In this document: piece after piece, positions 40,865 to 49,791 of the stretch
Position numbering within the stretch: the stretch's first letter is position 1
Layout: every line of letters starts with the position of its first letter
Assembly: GCA_963771175.1 (NCBI GenBank)
Contig: CAVYSY010000045.1
Location: 32,001-96,000 of the forward strand
From: an uncultured delta proteobacterium
Lineage (GTDB): Bacteria > Myxococcota > Myxococcia > Myxococcales > Myxococcaceae
Direction of reading: 5' to 3'
DNA: 64,000 bases
The notes under the pieces: model-generated
The model's database searches: none
Told to the model about the DNA's origin: nothing
The model's input: the letters and a program-made list of their open reading frames with translations, nothing else
Position numbers and translations under genes: made by a program

Positions 40865-43218
40865 CGTTCCACCCGAAGCAGGCTCGTCATCCACGACAGC
40901 CGGATATGGGACACGCCCCACGGCAGTCGCTCCAGGAGCATGTCATAGGGCCGGGACTCCAGGCGCAGCATCCACCCGCTCTCCTCGTGCCGGAGGATGC
41001 CCTTGCGCTGGAGGAAGGCCTCGCGCAGCCCCCGTGTCGAGGTGTTCTTGAGCACCGCCCACTGCGTGACCACGTGCTGGAGCAACAGCTCTCCCTCGGC
41101 GCGCTCGGTCTCGGTGGGGCCGCCGAGCCGCGGCACCACCTCTTCCAGTGGGACGCCGCACAACACCTTGCTCAGCGCCATGCGGTGCTCGTCCTCGGCG
41201 CCGTCCTCGTGGACGAGCCATTGCAGCAGGCAGACCGCTCGGCACCGTGCCGCGAAGTCGCGGAAGCCCTTCCCTTCGATGAGGCCGACGGCCTCGAAGA
41301 AGGTCCTCAGGAACGGGTGGAGGATGACGACCCCGGCGTTCTCCACCGACAGCCCGAACTTGAGGTGTGCTTCGAGCGCGGCACTCGTGAAGGTGCGTGG
41401 CGACGTGGAAGGCGAAGGATGACGGGGTGACGAAGCGCGAGCGCTGGAGCCGGGCGCCAGGGGGCCGGATCGTGCGCCGGGGGCACGCGCCTCCGTCTGC
41501 CGGGCCGTACCCACGTTCACCTGGGCAGGTGGCACGTGCCGGGGCGGCTCGGTGGCATCCGAGACTGGCGCCCGGGGCCTGGAGTGAGCAGGTGCCTCCG
41601 TGGGCGGGCCGTGATGGGAGGCAGGAGCGAGCGCTTCGCTGGTGGTCGCGGAGGGGCCCCGTGGGTCGTCTACCGGGAGTGGCTCTCCCGTGAGCTGGGC
41701 ACCGGGCACGTCCACCTGCGCTGGTGGCACACGCTGAGGTGGCTCGGTGGCCTCCACGACTGGCGCCCGGGGCGTGGCGCGAGAACGTGCCTCCTGGGTC
41801 GGGGCTCGCGGGGAGTCCGGAGCGAGCACCTCCCTGGCGGTAGGCGAAGAGCCTCGTGGGCCGTCCACCAGGAGTGGCTCTCCCGTGAGTTGGGCCCCAT
41901 CCACGTCCACCTGGGCGGGTGGCACGCGCCGGGGCGGCTCGGTGGCCTCCGCGACTGGCTCCCGAGGCGTGGCGCGAGCAGGTGCCTCCTGGCGCTGAGC
42001 TTGTGGGGAGTCCGGAGCGAGCACCACCTTGGCGGCATGTGAGGGGCTCGTCCCCAGCTCGGCGTCGTGCATGGCCCGGGGGTCCGACACGAGTGGAGGC
42101 GGCTGGTCAGCGGCCCCCGACGACAGGTCCTCCTGTCTCTCGCGTGGAGCGTCCGTCACCTCCTGGGCCGGAGACGCCTCCTTCCGGGGGCGCGGCAGGT
42201 CACCGGTCTCGACAGGCGGCCGTGGCGCCCGAGTGGGAGGCGAGGCGAGCTCGGGCGCTTGTCGGGGCTCGGGCGTGAGTGAAGCCGCCCCGGTGGCCGG
42301 CGCCGCATTTCGTGAGCCGGGCTCGGACCACGTCCGCCCGGAAGAGTCCCGTGCAGCCTCGGGAGCCCACGAGGCGGGGGCGGACGGCACATGCCGAGAC
42401 CAGGTCTCTCGCACGGTCCGTACATCGGCGCCGAGCGCCATCGCGGCTTCCACCGCGACCGCGAGCACGGTGTCCGCGTCCGGTTGGCCTCGGGGCGCGG
42501 CGAGCATCACCGGGAGCAGCAGCTCCACCAGTGCGCGACGCCACCGGGAGGCTGGCAGTTCCTGCGGGGCCACCTCCACCAGCACGGCCAGGGTGGAGTC
42601 CACTCCGGCTTCCCTGGCGAGCGTCTGGAGGAGCGTCAGGGTGGTTGGCGGCGAGAACTGTCCCAGGAGACGCCGGACGATGCGCTCCACTCCAGCATGA
42701 CCCCGGAGCCACGTCAGCACGGGCCCGGCGCGGTGTTCGAGCAGTGCCACGAACCGGGCCTCGAGCTCCGCGCCTTCCACTGTCCCCGCCCACCACGGCA
42801 CGAGCCCCGTCTCCAGGAACTCCCGCAGCAGCAGCTCGTCGGAGGTCTCCGCCGACAGCACCTCCACGTCGGTTGGCTGGGGCTCGGAGACAGGAGCAGC
42901 AGCTTCACGCCGCACCGTGCCGGAGCGCGCCGCCACATCCGGAACCGGCCCGGTTCGCCTCAGCGCTTCCTGGAGGACCTCGCGCACCCGGGTCAGCAGC
43001 GCCTGCTCCAGATTGGGCCCATGGATGACCCCGAGCTCAATCTCGAGCCGCTCCAGCCGATAGTGCACCGACCCGGGCGCCAGCTCGTCGAACACCTGCT
43101 CCAGGATGCGCGGCAGGTGCTCGCGGCACATGCGACTCACCTCGTTCTGCAGGGAGAAGGGACTTTCCCCTCCCTGCAGCTCCAACTCCACGATCTGCCG
43201 GTGGATGAGGTGGTTCAT
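40861..43218 (-). CDS. Contractile injection system tape-measure protein (Afp14-like)
   Basis: N-terminal HLIHRQIVEL...LERLEIELG, FLETG..PWW; C-terminal VENAGVVILHPFL...LREAFLQRKG...DMLLERLPWG. Confidence 0.8.
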   Translation of the reverse strand: MNHLIHRQIVELELQGGESPFSLQNEVSRMCREHLPRILEQVFDELAPGSVHYRLERLEIELGVIHGPNLEQALLTRVREVLQEALRRTGPVPDVAARSGTVRREAAAPVSEPQPTDVEVLSAETSDELLLREFLETGLVPWWAGTVEGAELEARFVALLEHRAGPVLTWLRGHAGVERIVRRLLGQFSPPTTLTLLQTLAREAGVDSTLAVLVEVAPQELPASRWRRALVELLLPVMLAAPRGQPDADTVLAVAVEAAMALGADVRTVRETWSRHVPSAPASWAPEAARDSSGRTWSEPGSRNAAPATGAASLTPEPRQAPELASPPTRAPRPPVETGDLPRPRKEASPAQEVTDAPRERQEDLSSGAADQPPPLVSDPRAMHDAELGTSPSHAAKVVLAPDSPQAQRQEAPARATPREPVAEATEPPRRVPPAQVDVDGAQLTGEPLLVDGPRGSSPTAREVLAPDSPRAPTQEARSRATPRAPVVEATEPPQRVPPAQVDVPGAQLTGEPLPVDDPRGPSATTSEALAPASHHGPPTEAPAHSRPRAPVSDATEPPRHVPPAQVNVGTARQTEARAPGARSGPLAPGSSARASSPRHPSPSTSPRTFTSAALEAHLKFGLSVENAGVVILHPFLRTFFEAVGLIEGKGFRDFAARCRAVCLLQWLVHEDGAEDEHRMALSKVLCGVPLEEVVPRLGGPTETERAEGELLLQHVVTQWAVLKNTSTRGLREAFLQRKGILRHEESGWMLRLESRPYDMLLERLPWGVSHIRLSWMTSLLRVER
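41516..42025 (-). repeat. In-frame tandem repeat, 195-bp (65-aa) unit, about 2.6 copies
   Basis: ATEPP..VPPAQV recurs at about 41531, 41726 and 41921. Confidence 0.85.
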
Positions 43219-43261
43219 GGCGTGACGAGTCGGGACTCAGCGCTGTCGAGCCTTCAGGGAA

Positions 43262-46200
43262 CTACTCCGTGGGGTCCTGCGGGGTCGGGAAATCACTGAT
43301 GTTGGTGAACTTGAGGATGATGCGACCCGTGCCCCTGGCTCCCGTCACGGTGTCCTTCACCTTGTAGGTGATGGTCACGGTGTCCTCGTAGCCCGGCCGC
43401 TCGATGATGGGCGGAGTCGTCGTGCCCCCGGTGTCGATGGCGATCGTGGTGCGCACGACCTCGGTGCGCAAGCTCGTGGTGCGCAGCTCGGGAAGGCTGG
43501 GGAGGCGGTTGCGGTCATAGATCCGCGCGGGGGTGAAGTAGATGGGGCCTCGATCGGACTTCAGGGCCAACGTGCCAACGGAGGGGCTCAGCGGCTCGAT
43601 CGACTCGACGATGACGTTCGGCTTGTCCGCGAGCGGGAGCGTGATCAGCGTGGACTTCAGGTAGAGCGGGTTGACGGTCACGGTGACAGCCGGCAGCACG
43701 ATCGTCGGGAGGGTCTGCTCGAGCAGGACGATGATTTTGCCGGGGACCGTCTTCTGGCTCTCGATGTTGCGGAGCGTGTAGGTGATGTCCGCGCGCTTCG
43801 CCGTCGTGAAGCCCTCCTGCGGCTGGAAGCGGACCTCCTTGCCGCTCGCCTCCACGCTCACCACGCCGAGCGTGCTGCTCGACAGCACCGCGTTGATCAC
43901 CTGCATGCTCGCGGGCAGGGCGTCTGGCGGCTTGACGGTCAGGGGCGTCGTGGCACTGGCGGTGCGGATCGTCATGTCCGCGGGAGTCGGCAGCGGCTGG
44001 TCGTTGATCAGCGCGAGGAACACCTTGCCGAGCGCCGTCTTCTCGGAGTCCTTGGCCTGGACCAGGTACTCGAAGGAGTACTCCCGCAGGCTGAACAGGG
44101 GCACCTTGCCCTCGATGTGGATCTTCCCCGCCGCCGCATCCTCCACGCGGAGGGTCGCCAGCGTCCCTGGGTCCGTGAGGATGGCCTTGAGGACGACGTT
44201 GCCCGTGACCACCTCGGGGATGATGATCGTCTTGGTGGGCGAGGCGAAGGACAGCGTGGTCTGGAAGTCTTGGGGAGGTGGCAGCGAGTCCGGGATGCGC
44301 AGCAGCAGGGCGCCGCACGGATCTCCGCAGCGGTAGGGCAGGGCGAAGTCCGCCTTCACCAACCCTTCCTGGTACGCGACGACGAAGGTGCCTCCCCGCG
44401 GCACGCCGCCCAGGTGCTCCAGGGAGGGGTGCTCGGCGAGGAACTCGCTGAACAGCAGCCGGCGCTTCTGCTCGTCCTGGCGCAGGGTGAAGCTGGCCCT
44501 CAGGGTCTCCAGCTTCTGCGGGTGGCAGAAGGCCTGGAGCGCCTGCAGGTGCTGCAACTGCTGGATCTGCTTCGACGTCAGGGCCGTCTTGATGTCCAGG
44601 AGCTGCGTCTCCAGCGAGCTGGCCGTGCTCTTCAAGTCCTGCAGGTTGCGCTTGAGCGCCTCCATGTCCGAGCTCGACAGGTCCCCCAGGTCTCCGGGAA
44701 GCAGCGCGAGGGCCTGCCCGAGCAGCAGGGCGATGCGGGCGGGGAGGCCGATCTGCCGGATCAAGTCGACCTTGCCGGCCGCGCTCCAGGTGCCCACCAG
44801 ATCCAGCAACTCCAGCCGGTTCGGTGCCTCCTTCGGATCAGGCATGCCCAGGTAGTCCTGGATGTAGTCCTTGACTCTCTTCCCCGCGCCCGCGGTCGCG
44901 CTGAACGCCGGCTTGGTGAAGCGGGTGGTGGGCTGCGCCACGTCCTTCTTGATGTTGAGGTTCTGGGCCGTCTCCTTGTTGGGATCCACGTCCAGGAAGA
45001 TGCGGTCGCCGACGTAGTCTCCCGAGAAGGCCTGCAGCACGTAGGAGCCCTCGGGCAGGTCCAGATCGAAGTTGCCCTGCTCGTCCGCGGTGAAGATCTC
45101 CCCGGTGTCGATGACCTTGACGCGCAACCGATCCGTGAGCACGGGGACGTCGGGGGCCTTCTCGATCCTTCCCTTGATCCTGCCGCTGTTGGCGGGCGGT
45201 GGCGTGAGGCTCTCGAAGTACTGCTTCTCGCGCTCGAGCGCGCAGCGGTACTCCTCCCGCAGCTCGTCGTAGACGGCCTCCAGGTCGGCGGACCGGCAGT
45301 CCTGGTCGGTCTGCTTGCCGGCCACGGTGTTGTCGAAGGCGACAGCCAGCACCTGGAAGGGGAGCCCGTAGGTGCGCCGTCGCCCCTCCAGGAAGGCGAG
45401 CACCGTCTCCACGCGTTGCTCGAGGTGTCCCTCGATGCGGAAGAACGTCGCGCCATCATGGTCGTAGCGCAGGGGATCCAGCGCCTTGCCGAGCTCGGAG
45501 GACTCATCGGCCCAGAAGGAGGGCAGGGTGCTCTGCCAGCCATGGGAGGTGCGGGAGTAGCTCCAGTGGTCCACCAGCGACGGGGCGCCGCCGGCGAGGG
45601 AGTAGTAGTGGGGCAGCGACCTGCGCTCCAATGACGCGAGGGGCCCGGCATCCGGAGTGATGGCGATCTTCGTGCCGGACTTCCAGGAGAACTTCTCGAG
45701 CTGGAGGATGAGCCGTTGCAGCAAGCAGGCGGCCCGCTCGCGCAACTCCGTCTGGGAGCCCACCGCGGGCGAGGGCAGGAAGGGGTGGCGGTACGGGCTG
45801 CGCGGACGTGGCACCCGCGGCGGCCGGTACGTCGTGGCGAGGTTGTCCTCCAGCTCGCCCAGCAGCAGGTGCCGCGGGAAGAGCTCCTGGTCCGGGCAGC
45901 ACCGGCTGCCGATCCGCGAGGCCACCTCGGCCAGCTCCTGGTAGGCGGCCGTCAGGTCCTTCACCCAGTCGTAGATGTACTGGATGCCCTGTCCGTTCTT
46001 CAGGGACTCGCGCTGGGTCTTCAGGATGTTGGCCACCGTGCCCGAGAGGAGCGCGGTGCCCAGGGCGGGCTGGAGACGGGAGATCGTCTCCTCCAGCGCG
46101 CTGCTCAGCGACGCTTCCACCTCCTGGACACTGCTGGAGAAGGCGCTCACCACGTCCGCGTAGTCCAGCAGCCCGAAGGGGGCCACCCGGTCGCTGAAGA

Positions 46201-46795
46201 TGGGACGGGGCACCCGGAGCGTGGCGGGGGCGACGGGCGGCGTGAAGGTGGTGTCTTGCGGCAGCGCCAGCTTGTCCGCGTCCTTCTTGGCCACGAGCAG
46301 CACCCGCGGCGTGAGCTGGCGACGGCGGCCCTTCTCGTTGCAGTCGTTCTCCACACAGGAGCGCAGGTCCTTCTCCAGGACCTCCAGGAAGAGCACCGCG
46401 ACGCGCTCGCGCAGGAAGTCGGGCTCGCTCGCGATGGTCGTCACGCCCGGCGTCGGTGCCTGCGGCGTCTCCATCACCTCCCAGATGGGGAACTCGGGCT
46501 GCCTCGAGCCGGTGAAGTAGCGCGCCGGATCATCGTACGCGCGGCGGTGCGTGTACGTGACGTCGCTCTCCAGCTCGAGCAGATCTCCGGTGGTGGTGAG
46601 GCCACAGCCCTTCCCCACCACCACCCGCTCGAGCAGATCGCTGCGCAGCTCCAGGCCGCAGATGATGCCCACGCCGAGCAGGCGCGTCCTCGACTGGCGG
46701 TCCTCCCGGTCGAGGTAGGTGACGATTTCGTTCAGGTGCTCGTGGGTGAGGACCTGGTTGGCCGCGAATAGAGGGTGGGACTTGATCACGGTCAA
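43262..46795 (-). CDS. eCIS tail-fibre/adhesin-like protein (Afp13 position)
   Basis: Reverse complement of 46795 downward reads TTG ACC GTG ATC AAG TCC CAC (MTVIKSH) and ends CAG GAC CCC ACG GAG TAG at 43262, so it is minus strand despite the track's '+' label. Motifs F..NQVLT..HLN, GVGIICGL, LEHLGGVPRGGTF..ADFALPY; C-terminal Ig-like repeats. Confidence 0.75.
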   Translation of the reverse strand: MTVIKSHPLFAANQVLTHEHLNEIVTYLDREDRQSRTRLLGVGIICGLELRSDLLERVVVGKGCGLTTTGDLLELESDVTYTHRRAYDDPARYFTGSRQPEFPIWEVMETPQAPTPGVTTIASEPDFLRERVAVLFLEVLEKDLRSCVENDCNEKGRRRQLTPRVLLVAKKDADKLALPQDTTFTPPVAPATLRVPRPIFSDRVAPFGLLDYADVVSAFSSSVQEVEASLSSALEETISRLQPALGTALLSGTVANILKTQRESLKNGQGIQYIYDWVKDLTAAYQELAEVASRIGSRCCPDQELFPRHLLLGELEDNLATTYRPPRVPRPRSPYRHPFLPSPAVGSQTELRERAACLLQRLILQLEKFSWKSGTKIAITPDAGPLASLERRSLPHYYSLAGGAPSLVDHWSYSRTSHGWQSTLPSFWADESSELGKALDPLRYDHDGATFFRIEGHLEQRVETVLAFLEGRRRTYGLPFQVLAVAFDNTVAGKQTDQDCRSADLEAVYDELREEYRCALEREKQYFESLTPPPANSGRIKGRIEKAPDVPVLTDRLRVKVIDTGEIFTADEQGNFDLDLPEGSYVLQAFSGDYVGDRIFLDVDPNKETAQNLNIKKDVAQPTTRFTKPAFSATAGAGKRVKDYIQDYLGMPDPKEAPNRLELLDLVGTWSAAGKVDLIRQIGLPARIALLLGQALALLPGDLGDLSSSDMEALKRNLQDLKSTASSLETQLLDIKTALTSKQIQQLQHLQALQAFCHPQKLETLRASFTLRQDEQKRRLLFSEFLAEHPSLEHLGGVPRGGTFVVAYQEGLVKADFALPYRCGDPCGALLLRIPDSLPPPQDFQTTLSFASPTKTIIIPEVVTGNVVLKAILTDPGTLATLRVEDAAAGKIHIEGKVPLFSLREYSFEYLVQAKDSEKTALGKVFLALINDQPLPTPADMTIRTASATTPLTVKPPDALPASMQVINAVLSSSTLGVVSVEASGKEVRFQPQEGFTTAKRADITYTLRNIESQKTVPGKIIVLLEQTLPTIVLPAVTVTVNPLYLKSTLITLPLADKPNVIVESIEPLSPSVGTLALKSDRGPIYFTPARIYDRNRLPSLPELRTTSLRTEVVRTTIAIDTGGTTTPPIIERPGYEDTVTITYKVKDTVTGARGTGRIILKFTNISDFPTPQDPTE

Positions 46796-49791
46796 TCCCC
46801 TTCGGTTGGCAGGGTGCCGAGCTGGCTACGCCCGAGGAGCAGGGGGTTCTCCCCGAGGTCCTCCTGGCAGTCGTGCAGCGTGGCCACTGGATGGACGGAG
46901 CGCAGTGACTCCAGCGCAGCCACCAGGGCACGCTGGTACTCCAACAATTTCGTTGCATCGGGCCGGGTCTTGGCCCGCTCGCGCAGCCAGGGCTGGAAGG
47001 CCGCCTCGAATGCGCGCATCTGATCGGTGTCGACCCAACAGATTTTCAGGAAGACGTGCGCGGGCGCCTCCTGCCGTGCCGTCTGTTCGAGGAAGGTGCG
47101 GAAGGTCGGCCTGGAGAAGCGCTCCAGCCACGCGGGCAGCACCAGTGTGGCGCGGAACGTGTACGGATCCGCGTCCTCCGGGCATGGCTCGCAGTCCGGC
47201 TCGAGCGTCACCTTGAGCAGCCGGTCGTCCCTCGTCATCGGTCTCAGGAGGATGTGCTCCACCAGGTGCATGCCCTCCCGCTGACGCATGTCCTCCAGGT
47301 GCGTCACGATGTACGTGATGGCGGCCTCCGCCGCCTCTCGCGTGGCGAAGGACTCGATGCGGCGGGCGATGATCTCCCCGGAGGGGTTCACCAGGTTGAA
47401 GTAGTACTTCCCCTGGGTGTTCTGCTTGAGATCGTAGCGCTCGCGCAGCGGAGCGTACTTGTCGACCTCGGCCATCTCGGCCCGGACCGCGGCCTCGGTG
47501 GAGTAGCGGGTGCTGCTGCTGAGCAGGATCTTCCCGCTCAGGTCCACCAGGCGGAACCGGTACTCGGTGGTGTTGTCCTGATCCTGCTCCGTGTACATCT
47601 CCAGGTGGCTCGCGAGGTCGCGCCGCTCGCAGTTGCGGATGCCTAGCAGGCCACACACGCGCCGCTCCAGGCCCGACACGTTGTCGCTGTGCCAGAGGTT
47701 CGCCGCGGCGCCGGTGTCGAAGCCCTTGCCGCGCTCGGCGCTCCTGCGCGGGTAGTCGCGGAGGAAGTCGATCTTCTCCGTGAGCAGGGCCTCGTCCGTC
47801 GCCGTGCCCCGGTCCAGGGTCGCCATGACGGCCGCGTACTCGGCGAAGCGCTCGTTGAAGCGCGCCAGGAGGTGATCGAGCATCCGGTCGCGGCGCGCCG
47901 TGTACTCCGCCTCGTCCTCCGCGAGCGTGTCACGAGTGCCCTGGGTGCTGGCGAAGCCGTCCTGGAACAGCTCGGCGAACTCCGGGCGCTGGAACAGCGG
48001 CTCCGCGAAGAGGGTGCGCTTGCGCTCCGGCTCCAGCGAGAACTGATCCCGCAGGTGCGCGAGCTGCGCGAGGTAGTTGCCCAGGAGCTGGTCGAAGAAC
48101 AGCAGGTAGCCCTTGAGCTGCCGGGCCTGGGCCTTGCGCCTCGGGTCCGCGGAGTCCGGCAGGCCCTCGGGGCCAATGCCGTAGACGCGCGGCAGATCGT
48201 GCTGGATGGAGCGGAAGTCGTCCAGCGCCTGCCAGGTGCCGGTGGGGGGCTCGAGGTCGAGCGGCGTCCCCTGGGGCCGGGTGACGTCGCGCATGCCCTC
48301 CTTCTCCGCGAAGAAGGCCAGCTTGTGCCGCGTCTCCTCGGCGTTGGCGGAGAAGGGGATGCCCCGCTTGAAGAAGACGAACTTGCAGCGATCCGGCGAC
48401 AGCCGTGGCAGGGCGTTCGGCTCCAGGCGGATCGTCCACGGCTCACCCGAGGCCAGCACCCGTCCATGCTGGTCATAGGCGGCCATGGAGAACGAGCGGA
48501 CGGCCACCACGTCCTCCACCTCCAGGATTTCCCCCAGCAGGTCCGAGCCATGCACCTCCTGGCGCAGCTCGGAGGCCGCGAGCTCCTCGTCGAGCAGGAA
48601 GCCATGGTCGAGCGGAGGCCCCTCGAAGATCCGCTCCACCGGCAGGTCCTGGGAGAGCAGCTCCGCGAGGGTGTGGAAGCGCGCGGGGGGTGCCAGCAGC
48701 CGCGCCGCCACGAGGAGGATTCGAGCCTGCACGGCCTCCAGATCCGCCCCGGGGGTGACGTCCACGTCGGCGCACAGGGCGATCTCCTCGAGCCGGGCCG
48801 CCGTGGGTTCGCGGAAGTCCTCGCACAGGTTGCGGTGGGACTGGAGCGTGCGGAAGGCCCGTGCCACCACGGAGAAGGCCTTCCTCAACCGCAAGCGGTA
48901 GGCGTGCAGGGGATTGTGCGTTCCCTTCCGCTCCAGCTCGGAGAGGATGAAGCTCTGCCAGGAGGCGATGGAGCCCCGGCGGGTGGTGCGCAGCAGGACG
49001 CGGACGGGGATGTCCCGGGTGACGGTCCCGCTGCCGTTCGGCACGTACACGCGCACCAGGGTCTCCAGCGTCTGATCGTCCACGAGGTGGACGTCCCGCG
49101 TGCTCAGGGAGCTGGCCTCGGTCTCGGCCAGCCACGGGTCCTCCCAGTCGAGCATCGGCTGCTGGAGAATCTCCGGGCGCCGCCATGTGTCCCAGGGGGG
49201 CACGACGAGCTCCAGCGGGAGGGGGGCCTGCCCGGAGGGAGTGGGCTGCCAGGACCAGGTGGTGTCCCCCAGGCTGCCGAGCATGGGATCGTCGGCGAGC
49301 TCCAGCACGATGTCATACACGCCTCGCGGCACCCGGGGTTGCGCATCCGGCTGCTCGGCGGGTGGAGTGAGGACGATCTGGCTCCTCACCCGGTCGGCAT
49401 AGAAGGGGATGCAGGGCCGCGGAGCCGGGACCAGCCACGCGTTGCGCACGCCCTCCACGTCCACCAGCAGCTTGCGGTAGTCGAGCGTCGTCACCGGGTG
49501 ACAGGTGAGGATGGAGCGCGCGGAGAAGAGCGGCCCCTCACCCGGGGCGGGGCGGGGCTTGTCCGGCGCGGGCGCCAGGAGGTCCTTCATGGAGAAGCTG
49601 GACCGGTACCCCAGGTCGTTGATGGCGAAGCACAGCGTCTCGAGCAGCGTGATGCCCGGATCATGGGGGTTGTAGTTGGTCCAGAGCGAGGACCCCAGGG
49701 CCTCGATATGGGTGATGCCCTCGCGCCGGAGCGCGTCGAAGTCCAGGACGGTGGGGAGTGCGCGGTCCCTGAGAATGCCGGGTGTCTTCAC
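46792..49791 (-). CDS. eCIS baseplate protein (Afp12-like)
   Basis: LWTNYNPHDPGITLLE, RQLKGYLLFFDQLL.NY, EGMHLVEHILLRP, EAPAH...KICW. GTG start at 49791 overlaps the upstream TGA. Confidence 0.85.
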   Translation of the reverse strand: MKTPGILRDRALPTVLDFDALRREGITHIEALGSSLWTNYNPHDPGITLLETLCFAINDLGYRSSFSMKDLLAPAPDKPRPAPGEGPLFSARSILTCHPVTTLDYRKLLVDVEGVRNAWLVPAPRPCIPFYADRVRSQIVLTPPAEQPDAQPRVPRGVYDIVLELADDPMLGSLGDTTWSWQPTPSGQAPLPLELVVPPWDTWRRPEILQQPMLDWEDPWLAETEASSLSTRDVHLVDDQTLETLVRVYVPNGSGTVTRDIPVRVLLRTTRRGSIASWQSFILSELERKGTHNPLHAYRLRLRKAFSVVARAFRTLQSHRNLCEDFREPTAARLEEIALCADVDVTPGADLEAVQARILLVAARLLAPPARFHTLAELLSQDLPVERIFEGPPLDHGFLLDEELAASELRQEVHGSDLLGEILEVEDVVAVRSFSMAAYDQHGRVLASGEPWTIRLEPNALPRLSPDRCKFVFFKRGIPFSANAEETRHKLAFFAEKEGMRDVTRPQGTPLDLEPPTGTWQALDDFRSIQHDLPRVYGIGPEGLPDSADPRRKAQARQLKGYLLFFDQLLGNYLAQLAHLRDQFSLEPERKRTLFAEPLFQRPEFAELFQDGFASTQGTRDTLAEDEAEYTARRDRMLDHLLARFNERFAEYAAVMATLDRGTATDEALLTEKIDFLRDYPRRSAERGKGFDTGAAANLWHSDNVSGLERRVCGLLGIRNCERRDLASHLEMYTEQDQDNTTEYRFRLVDLSGKILLSSSTRYSTEAAVRAEMAEVDKYAPLRERYDLKQNTQGKYYFNLVNPSGEIIARRIESFATREAAEAAITYIVTHLEDMRQREGMHLVEHILLRPMTRDDRLLKVTLEPDCEPCPEDADPYTFRATLVLPAWLERFSRPTFRTFLEQTARQEAPAHVFLKICWVDTDQMRAFEAAFQPWLRERAKTRPDATKLLEYQRALVAALESLRSVHPVATLHDCQEDLGENPLLLGRSQLGTLPTEGD

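Noticed and set aside
43262..46795. Plus-strand gene opposing the eCIS operon, as labelled in the ORF track
   Set aside because: The listed protein is encoded by the reverse complement, so the strand label is wrong.
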